This document shows positions 16,853 to 23,385 of a stretch of 24,000 bases of DNA, piece after piece (position 1 is the first letter of the stretch; each line of letters begins with the position of its first letter). Below the pieces are notes generated by a model. That model saw nothing but the letters and a program-made list of their open reading frames with translations. It had not been told where the DNA came from and did no database searches. Source of the DNA: Rhodospirillales bacterium (lineage in GTDB: Bacteria; Pseudomonadota; Alphaproteobacteria; Rhodospirillales; Rhodospirillaceae); the NCBI GenBank assembly GCA_028278135.1, contig JANQEW010000029.1:316889-340888 (forward strand). The letters are read 5' to 3'. The position numbers and the translations under genes are program-made.

Positions 16853-18277
16853 ATGCGACCACCGTTTATGTCTGCTGTCTTTATAATCGCCCTCTGTGTC
16901 TCCGCTGTTCTGTCAATAGGTGAGTTGTGGCCGCCTCCGGCGTTGGGCGAAGAATCAGTAGATGTGAGGCTCTCGTTCGGACCGGTGGTCAAACAAGCGG
17001 CTCCAGCCGTAGTTAACATATACACCCGCAAGGTGATCAGGACTTCTCGGACACTTTCTCCATTTCTGGATGATCCCGTCTTGCGTCATTTTTTTAGCGA
17101 ACAATTAGGTCGGTCGTCAGAAAGAATCCAACGTTCTCTAGGCTCAGGAGTCATTATTCGATCCGACGGGATTGTCGTTACTAATCATCATGTAGTGAAA
17201 GATTCTGATGCTGTCACTGTTGTCCTCAGCGACAGACGTGAGTATGAAGCAAGCATGATTGGGTCCGATGAACGGACGGATATTGCAGTCCTAAAGATCC
17301 TGAGCCAGAAAGAAAAATTTCCTACCTTGGCCATGGGCGATTCAGACACGCTGGATGTCGGAGATCTAGTACTAGCCATTGGTAATCCATTTGGAGTTGG
17401 CCAGACTGTAACGAGTGGGATCGTTTCGGCTGTTGCCCGTACATTAGCAGGGATGACGGATTACCGTTTTTTTATACAAACTGATGCTGCCATCAACCCA
17501 GGCAACTCTGGTGGAGCACTGGTGACATTGGATGGTCGTCTCGCTGGGATTAATACCGCCATTTACTCTCAAAACGGCAGTAATCTTGGTATTGGCTTTG
17601 CCGTACCAGCCAATATGGTACAGGTAGTTGTGAAAACAATTCTGGCTCATGGAAGAACGATTCGTCCATGGGTAGGCATTGATGGGGATGGCCTGACTCA
17701 AGAAATTGCTGATTTGCTTGGTTTACAAACTCCTAGTGGCGTGTTAGTCACATCTGTTCATCACGGGAGTCCAGGAGAAGCAGCCGGCCTAAGACCAGGC
17801 GATGTTGTTTTAAGTGTTAACGACCATAGAGTGGCCGATGTTGACACCTTACGGTATCGCCTCACCACTCTACCTCTCGGCAGTACAGCAACACTCAAGC
17901 TACTGCATGCTGGTTCTATCCGTACGGTCAACCTGCAACTTTTAGCACCGCCAGAAATCCCGCCACGGGAAGTCACAGAGATCAAGGGTAATAATCCATT
18001 CTCAGGTGCTACAGTCGCCAACTTGAATCCGACACTAGCAGAAGAATTAGGACTGGCCTTCAGTGAGAGCGCTGTTGTTGTCATACACGTTCGCCAGCAG
18101 ACGCCTGCAGAGGGTATCAACCTGCGTTCAGGGGACGTGGTTCTAGAGGTTGATGGCCACAGAATTCAAACAGTCCGTGATCTGACTCGCTTGCTGACTC
18201 TTGTCTCGTCTGAGGGTTGGCGCATCGCTCTGCGTCGTGGGGAAAACGTGCTTCATGTCATGGTAAGAGAGAATTGA
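16853..18277 (+). CDS. Periplasmic serine endoprotease, DegP/DegQ/HtrA family (two PDZ domains)
   Basis: A signal peptide, catalytic triad contexts (TNHHVV, DIAVLK, GNSGGAL) and two PDZ-like segments. AGGGAGAG Shine-Dalgarno upstream of the ATG. Confidence 0.92.
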   Translation: MRPPFMSAVFIIALCVSAVLSIGELWPPPALGEESVDVRLSFGPVVKQAAPAVVNIYTRKVIRTSRTLSPFLDDPVLRHFFSEQLGRSSERIQRSLGSGVIIRSDGIVVTNHHVVKDSDAVTVVLSDRREYEASMIGSDERTDIAVLKILSQKEKFPTLAMGDSDTLDVGDLVLAIGNPFGVGQTVTSGIVSAVARTLAGMTDYRFFIQTDAAINPGNSGGALVTLDGRLAGINTAIYSQNGSNLGIGFAVPANMVQVVVKTILAHGRTIRPWVGIDGDGLTQEIADLLGLQTPSGVLVTSVHHGSPGEAAGLRPGDVVLSVNDHRVADVDTLRYRLTTLPLGSTATLKLLHAGSIRTVNLQLLAPPEIPPREVTEIKGNNPFSGATVANLNPTLAEELGLAFSESAVVVIHVRQQTPAEGINLRSGDVVLEVDGHRIQTVRDLTRLLTLVSSEGWRIALRRGENVLHVMVREN

Positions 18278-18309
18278 GGATTCTTAAGGAATCTTAAAAG
18301 GATTCTTAA
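18278..18309. repeat. Three copies of GGA(T/A)TCTTAA immediately after the protease stop codon
   Basis: GGATTCTTAA at 18278-18287, GGAATCTTAA at 18288-18297 and GGATTCTTAA at 18300-18309. GATTC/GAATC/GATTC could form two mutually exclusive 5-bp hairpins. Confidence 0.9.
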
Positions 18310-18471
18310 CATGACAGTACTTTCTGGAGATCAATGTTGGCGAAAACAGGAAGACAAAAAACACTTTCCAAGCCTATTGCATCAGCGTACGCGATTGAAA
18401 ACTTCATTTTTAATATTTTATTATCAATAGAATCTCTCTCATAGAAAGTCTTGAATTTTTCTAACATCTTA

Positions 18472-20895
18472 ATGTCACATGGCACCATGTCTATGGTTAG
18501 CAATGTTAGAACAATCTGCCCTTATTGCGGCGTTGGTTGTGGCGTGATTATGACAGCCAGCAAAACTGGCTGGACTATACGAGGCGACCCAGATCATCCA
18601 GCTAACAGTGGACGATTGTGTTTAAAGGGCTTTACCTTGACCGACACACTCGGCACGACCACACGCCTTCTGTATCCTATAATAGACGGATGCGTTGTCA
18701 GCTGGCACCGGGCTATTGCTGAAACAGCGCGCCGTATCCGATCGATAATAGATACGTATGGTCCAGATTCTTTTGCCTTTTATCTCTCTGGTCAATTGTT
18801 AACTGAGGATTATTACGCAGCGAATAAACTGGCGAAGGGGTTTCTCGGGACTGCTAACGTTGATTCAAACTCAAGATTGTGTATGGCATCATCAGTTTCA
18901 GGCCATTGCCGTGCTTTTGGGAGCGATACTGTTCCAGGTTGTTATGACGATATAGAAAATTCTTCTATGGTTATTCTTGTCGGATCTAATCTAGCTTGGT
19001 GCCATCCGGTACTGTTCCAACGCCTATGGCAGGCAAAAAAAAAATACGGGACGCGAGTAGTTGTTATTGATCCACGACGGACAGAAAGCTGTAGGATTGC
19101 TGACCTGTATATCCCCATTTGTTCAGGTGATGATCTGTCTTTGTTCAACGGTTTACTTGTCTACCTGCATAGGACTGGCCGTATAAATTATCCCTTTATC
19201 ACCATGAGGACTAAGGGATTTTCTTCTGCATTGAGGGCAGCATTAGAGGATGAACCACCGCAATCAGCTGAAGTGAATAGTTTTTATCATTGGTTTACTA
19301 CCACAGAAAGGGTGATGACCATCTTCTCACAGGGAGTTAACCAATCCTCGCAAGGAACGGACACAGTCAATGCTATCATCAATGTCCATCTGGCAACAGG
19401 CCGTATTGGCCGCCCAGGGATGGGTCCTTTCTCTGTCACTGGCCAGCCCAATGCAATGGGTGGACGTGAGGTGGGCGGGTTAGCCAATCAGCTGGCGGCT
19501 CACATGGGATTTGACGATGAGTCGATCGACCGTGTGCGCCGATTCTGGCAGGCACCCCAGATGGCAAAGAAGGAGGGATTAAAAGCAATAGAGATTTTTC
19601 ATGCTATTGATGAAGGGCGGGTCAAAGCCGTGTGGATCATGGGAACAAATCCCTCCGTAAGCCAGCCAGAGGCTAATCTAGTGCGTCGGGCACTGGCCCA
19701 CTGTCCGGTGGTTATCGTCTCTGAGTGTGTAGCAGAGACTGACACTCTGCGCCAAGCACATATATGCTTACCAGCATTAGCCTGGGGTGAAAAGAACGGG
19801 ACGGTAACTAATTCAGATCGCACATTGTCCAGACAGCGACAATTCTTGCCATGTCCCGGAGAGGCAAGAGCAGACTGGCAGGCTATTACAGATGTGGCGC
19901 GTGCCCTTGGGTATGGGGCGGCTTTTCACTGGCGCTCGTCAAATGCCGTCTTCGATGAATACGTCCGTCTTACTGCTTTTGAGAATGAAGGCCACCGTGA
20001 CTTGGATCTGTCTGCTTGGATTGGCACAGACTATGAGAATCTGAATCCGGCGCCCTGGGGTGGTAAGCGTTTCTTTCAGGACGGTCGTTTTTTCCACAAG
20101 GATCGGAAGGCCCGCTTTGTCGCTTTGCACCGACGTTCACCAAGTGAGAGTCCATCGCTCGCATTCCCATTACGCCTGAACAGTGGTCGCTACCGCGACC
20201 AATGGCACACGATGGGAAAAACTGGTCTTGTCGCCCGCCTGTTTTCTCATAGACCAGAGCCCCTTCTGGATATGCACCCTCTGGACAGTGTACGGTTTGG
20301 TCTGAGACATGGCATGTTAGTTCAAGTAGAAAGCCCGTGTGGAGACTATTTGGCTCGATTGTTCGTCACAACTGACCAAAATCCTGGCCATGTTTTTTTG
20401 CCACTCCATTGGAACGATGTCTATGCCGCACGGGCTGTCAGTGGCCGCCTCTATCCCGCTCATGTGGATCCGATCTCTGGGCAACCAAAACTCAAAAGTG
20501 TTCCTGTGAAAGTACTACCATATAGAGTAACATGGAATGCTTTACTCGTTTCTAAACATAAACCCGTCCTGTCGCAACAAATTCCTTGGTGGGTCCGGTA
20601 CCTCGTAGAGCAGGCACATGTCGTCATGCTCGCTGGCGACCACTGGGAGCAAACAGTGCCTTTAGTCGCAGCTCTTGATGGTTGCTACGGCCCCGCCAGG
20701 CTTAAGGAGAGGTTTGAGCCGCTCCCTGAGACTGACTGCTGTGGCTGGGTCACAGCCAAAGAACAACTTGTTGCTGTTTTGTTTGTAAAATCACAGCCGC
20801 CCGATATAGCTTGGGGCTTGTTAGCTACGCGAGTGGGAGAAATGCTGTCAAGCATGGCTGACTGGACAGCTCTCAGGAAAATAGAGCGTCTCTAG
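18472..20895 (+). CDS. Molybdopterin (bis-MGD) oxidoreductase, NasA/NarB-type assimilatory nitrate reductase catalytic subunit-like
   Basis: N-terminal 4Fe-4S motif TICPYCGVGCGV...HPANSGRLCLKG, Mo-ligand context NSRLCMASSV, and no Tat signal peptide. The track start at 18451 is a TTG. ATGs at 18472, 18487 and 18493 are all possible and none has a clear Shine-Dalgarno. Confidence 0.85.
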   Translation: MSHGTMSMVSNVRTICPYCGVGCGVIMTASKTGWTIRGDPDHPANSGRLCLKGFTLTDTLGTTTRLLYPIIDGCVVSWHRAIAETARRIRSIIDTYGPDSFAFYLSGQLLTEDYYAANKLAKGFLGTANVDSNSRLCMASSVSGHCRAFGSDTVPGCYDDIENSSMVILVGSNLAWCHPVLFQRLWQAKKKYGTRVVVIDPRRTESCRIADLYIPICSGDDLSLFNGLLVYLHRTGRINYPFITMRTKGFSSALRAALEDEPPQSAEVNSFYHWFTTTERVMTIFSQGVNQSSQGTDTVNAIINVHLATGRIGRPGMGPFSVTGQPNAMGGREVGGLANQLAAHMGFDDESIDRVRRFWQAPQMAKKEGLKAIEIFHAIDEGRVKAVWIMGTNPSVSQPEANLVRRALAHCPVVIVSECVAETDTLRQAHICLPALAWGEKNGTVTNSDRTLSRQRQFLPCPGEARADWQAITDVARALGYGAAFHWRSSNAVFDEYVRLTAFENEGHRDLDLSAWIGTDYENLNPAPWGGKRFFQDGRFFHKDRKARFVALHRRSPSESPSLAFPLRLNSGRYRDQWHTMGKTGLVARLFSHRPEPLLDMHPLDSVRFGLRHGMLVQVESPCGDYLARLFVTTDQNPGHVFLPLHWNDVYAARAVSGRLYPAHVDPISGQPKLKSVPVKVLPYRVTWNALLVSKHKPVLSQQIPWWVRYLVEQAHVVMLAGDHWEQTVPLVAALDGCYGPARLKERFEPLPETDCCGWVTAKEQLVAVLFVKSQPPDIAWGLLATRVGEMLSSMADWTALRKIERL

Positions 20896-20905
20896 TTCGC
20901 TCTAT
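20881..20905 (+). terminator. 8-bp hairpin spanning the stop codon of the nitrate-reductase-like gene (weak terminator candidate)
   Basis: ATAGAGCG (20881-20888) pairs with CGCTCTAT (20898-20905) around a 9-nt loop that contains the TAG. No T-tract follows. Confidence 0.25.
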
Positions 20906-20908
20906 TGC

Positions 20909-20931
20909 GCGAATCATTTGAGCGAATCATT
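20909..20931. repeat. 10-bp direct repeat GCGAATCATT x2 (13-bp period)
   Basis: Read directly at 20909-20918 and 20922-20931. Confidence 0.9.
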
Positions 20932-21126
20932 GTGGGTGAGAAGGGATGACACTAGCCCGGCCCCGGGTACCTACCATGTACATGTAGGGCCTGGCTGAGT
21001 GGCACACAGTACAGGAGAGTGGCGTTGTCTGTTTGCGTCCCACGCACTCAAGCTCCCCCCCTCGGTGGGCTCCAGAAGACTAACCATTTATCAGAGTGTC
21101 TGTCTGTCGTCTTGACCTTGACAAGC

Positions 21127-21153
21127 TTGACGAAGCTGTGCAGCCTTCGTCAA
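21127..21153 (+). other. 9-bp hairpin (TTGACGAAG-9 nt-CTTCGTCAA) 13 nt upstream of the tRNA-Leu 5' end
   Basis: Read directly. It is preceded by TTGACC (21112-21117) and TTGACA (21118-21123), so three TTGAC motifs fall within 21 nt. Confidence 0.85.
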
Positions 21154-21165
21154 AGCGGTGGGGTG

Positions 21166-21252
21166 GCCCAGGTGGCGGAAGTGGTAGACGCGCTAGATTC
21201 AGGTTCTAGTGGCCAGAAGGCCGTGGAAGTTCGATTCTTCTCCTGGGCACCA
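21166..21252 (+). tRNA. tRNA-Leu (anticodon CAG), class II with long variable arm, CCA encoded
   Basis: Hand-folded. Acceptor GCCCAGG/CCTGGGC is a perfect 7 bp. The anticodon stem is CTAGA/TCTAG with loop TTCAGGT (anticodon CAG). The variable arm is GGCC-AGAA-GGCC. The T arm is GGAAG-TTCGATT-CTTCT. Discriminator A is followed by CCA. Confidence 0.9.
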
Positions 21253-21266
21253 AGTGTTTCTGATGG

Positions 21267-21292
21267 CCTTCTTTCCATTAGGAAAGGGAAGG
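21267..21292 (+). terminator. Candidate hairpin terminator after tRNA-Leu
   Basis: CCTTCTTTCC-ATTA-GGAAAGGGAAGG forms a 10-bp stem with a 2-nt bulge and a 4-nt loop. It is followed by a moderately T-rich tail, GCTTCATTGGTTTCG. Confidence 0.4.
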
Positions 21293-21335
21293 GCTTCATT
21301 GGTTTCGCAGGTTCATGTATGTGGGAAGTAAAAGT

Positions 21336-21944
21336 ATGAGGACCCATTATCATCGGTGTGATTTGCCAGAAGGGCTTTCCTTTGGTTCAGTGGTGGCCGT
21401 CGATACTGAAACTATGGGTCTTGTCCCACGGCGGGATAGATTGTGCGTTGTGCAAATTTCCAAAGGCGATGGTCATTGCCATATTGTACATCTTGACCGT
21501 AGCTACAACTGTCCCCGTCTCAAAGGCATACTCACGGATCCCTGTACTCTCAAGATTTTCCATTTTGCTCGCTTTGATCTCGCTGTTCTCCGACATCATC
21601 TCAATGCGGTATGCACGCCCGTATACTGTACTAAACTGGCCTCACGTTTAGCAAGAACAAACACTGATCGACATAGTCTTAAGGATTTGTGCCGTGACTT
21701 ACTGGGAATTACACTGTCAAAACAGCAGCAAATATCCGACTGGGGCGACGAGGATCTAACGCTACAGCAGATTGAATATGCTGCGAATGACGTCCGACAT
21801 CTCCATCTGCTCAAAGAGCGTCTTGATTCTCTCCTAAAACGAGAAAATCGCCACGAGTTGGCAGAGGCTTGTTTCCGTTTCCTCCCTGATCGTGCCGCTC
21901 TTGACCTGATGGGCTGGAACGAAGAGGACCCATTCTCATATTAG
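21336..21944 (+). CDS. rnd: Short RNase D-like 3'-5' exonuclease (DEDD family)
   Basis: VAVDTETMGL (Exo I), FHFARFDLAVL (Exo II) and YAANDVRHL (Exo III, DEDDy). The start is placed at the ATG at 21336 (MRTHYHRCDLPEG); the track start is 21315. Confidence 0.85.
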   Translation: MRTHYHRCDLPEGLSFGSVVAVDTETMGLVPRRDRLCVVQISKGDGHCHIVHLDRSYNCPRLKGILTDPCTLKIFHFARFDLAVLRHHLNAVCTPVYCTKLASRLARTNTDRHSLKDLCRDLLGITLSKQQQISDWGDEDLTLQQIEYAANDVRHLHLLKERLDSLLKRENRHELAEACFRFLPDRAALDLMGWNEEDPFSY

Positions 21945-21946
21945 AT

Positions 21947-21960
21947 GATGCGATCGCATC
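21947..21960. repeat. 14-bp perfect palindrome GATGCGATCGCATC
   Basis: Read directly, 3 nt after the rnd-like stop, in the convergent spacer shared with the radical SAM gene. Confidence 0.95.
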
Positions 21961-21991
21961 CAGACAGTTTTATCCTCTGCGTCTCAACCTG

Positions 21992-22015
21992 TCTGTTGGC
22001 GGGTTCTGTTGGCGG
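21992..22015. repeat. 11-bp direct repeat TCTGTTGGCGG x2 (13-bp period)
   Basis: Read directly at 21992-22002 and 22005-22015. It is adjacent to the inverted repeat CAGACAG (21961-21967) / CTGTCTG (21989-21995). Confidence 0.9.
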
Positions 22016-22041
22016 CGGCGTACCAAGATTCTTGAGGTAGG

Positions 22042-23088
22042 CTATGAAAGTCGGCTATGAAAGATTCCTGCACACGCAGCACCACATGTCTGGCAATGGC
22101 CATTCTCCGTGAGAGCATAAGAGCTAATATGATACGAACTGCGTTCGATGAGGATCTGGCCACAGTTATGACAGTACGTCGATTCGCTATCCCGATCACG
22201 TACATTGCCAGTATAAACGTAATGCATGCCATTTTTACGGGCAATAGCACGAGCACGGTGTAAAGTTTTTATAGGAGTAGATTCTTTATGAGACATTTTC
22301 CAGCAAGGATAGAAAGCTGTAAAATGCAGCGGGATTTCCGGGCCAAGTTCTCGTACAATCCATCGAGTCATTGCACTAATTTCCTCTGGTGAATCGTTTT
22401 CACCCGGAATCAACAAGGTTGTTAGTTCAAACCAGACATTTGTTTCATGTTTGAGGTATTTCAGGGTCTCGAGGACTGGTGCAAGGCGGGCCGTAGCCAG
22501 ACGATGGTAAAAATGCTCTGTAAAGGCTTTCAGATCAACATTGGCGGCGTCCATGTGCGTAAAGAATTCGCGACTGGCCGTAGGTGTGATGTATCCGGCT
22601 GTCACTGCCACCGTCCGGACTCCAAGAGCGTGGCATTCCCGAGCAGTATCAACTGCATATTCCAGAAAAATTACCGGATCATTGTACGTAAATGCAACGC
22701 TGGTACAGTTTAGCTGGCGGGCAGTACGAGCAATGGTCTGCGGTGCGGCGCCTTCAAACAGACGATCAAACAGACGAGACTTCGAGATGTCCCAATTCTG
22801 GCAAAAACGGCATGTGAGATTGCAGCCGACTGTGCCAAAAGAAAGGGTTGATGTCCCGGGGAAAAAGTGAAGAAGTGGCTTTTTCTCTATGGGATCAATG
22901 CAAAATCCTGAAGAGCGACCGTAGGCAATGAGTACCATCTGTTTGCCGTCGTTTGCACGGATAAAGCACGCGCCATGCTGGCCGACCTGTAGCTTACATG
23001 TTCGTGGACACAGGTCGCATTGGAGACGGCCATCACTGAGCCGCTGCCAATACCGTCCCGGCATGGCTGCATTGTATTCCGTCTGCAT
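22042..23088 (-). CDS. amrS: AmmeMemoRadiSam system radical SAM enzyme
   Basis: Radical SAM motif GCNLTCRFCQNW. N-terminal Cys cluster CDLCPRTC...GACFIR. C-terminal CHNCG...CQTCG ribbon. It is divergent from a Memo-like gene. An alternative ATG is at 23064. Confidence 0.88.
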   Translation of the reverse strand: MQTEYNAAMPGRYWQRLSDGRLQCDLCPRTCKLQVGQHGACFIRANDGKQMVLIAYGRSSGFCIDPIEKKPLLHFFPGTSTLSFGTVGCNLTCRFCQNWDISKSRLFDRLFEGAAPQTIARTARQLNCTSVAFTYNDPVIFLEYAVDTARECHALGVRTVAVTAGYITPTASREFFTHMDAANVDLKAFTEHFYHRLATARLAPVLETLKYLKHETNVWFELTTLLIPGENDSPEEISAMTRWIVRELGPEIPLHFTAFYPCWKMSHKESTPIKTLHRARAIARKNGMHYVYTGNVRDRDSESTYCHNCGQILIERSSYHISSYALTENGHCQTCGAACAGIFHSRLS

Positions 23089-23385
23089 AGTTCAATGTTC
23101 CCGTCCTCGTTCTTTGAGCAGTCAGGTGTCGTATATACGATAATACAATATAATTGTACAGTATTGAGAAACTTTTATTTATTTTTTAGACGATTCATTG
23201 TTTTAAAAAAAATTTTACTAATAAAAAAATAATATGTTTATCTAGTATAACGTGCTTTACGCAGCGATCTCGAATCTGTCGTCAATAAAGAATGAGCAAG
23301 TAAACACCGCCACTATATGGTAGTATGCGCGCCTGATAGAAGAGGTACAGAGAGGTCTCCATTTATCACAGTCAGGGAGGATGGC

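Noticed and set aside
18284-18310. Calling the TTAA repeats bona fide CtrA boxes
   Set aside because: The spacings are N6 and N8, not the required N7. I report this only as a near miss to test.
18306-18503. 65-aa minus-strand ORF in the AT-rich spacer upstream of the nitrate-reductase-like gene
   Set aside because: It overlaps the start region of that gene on the opposite strand. It has an AT-rich, Lys/Ile-biased composition typical of spurious ORFs, and no RBS.
21019-21339. 106-aa plus-strand ORF and 67-aa minus-strand ORF (21150-21353)
   Set aside because: Both run straight through the well-folded tRNA-Leu gene and its flanks.
21947-21960. HIP1 octamer GCGATCGC as evidence of cyanobacterial origin
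   Set aside because: I noticed only this single occurrence in the window. All gene content and synteny are alphaproteobacterial in type.
21984-22256. 90-aa minus-strand ORF overlapping the radical SAM gene 3' end
   Set aside because: It is an alternative frame of a confidently identified gene and extends into the repeat-rich convergent spacer. It has no supporting signal.
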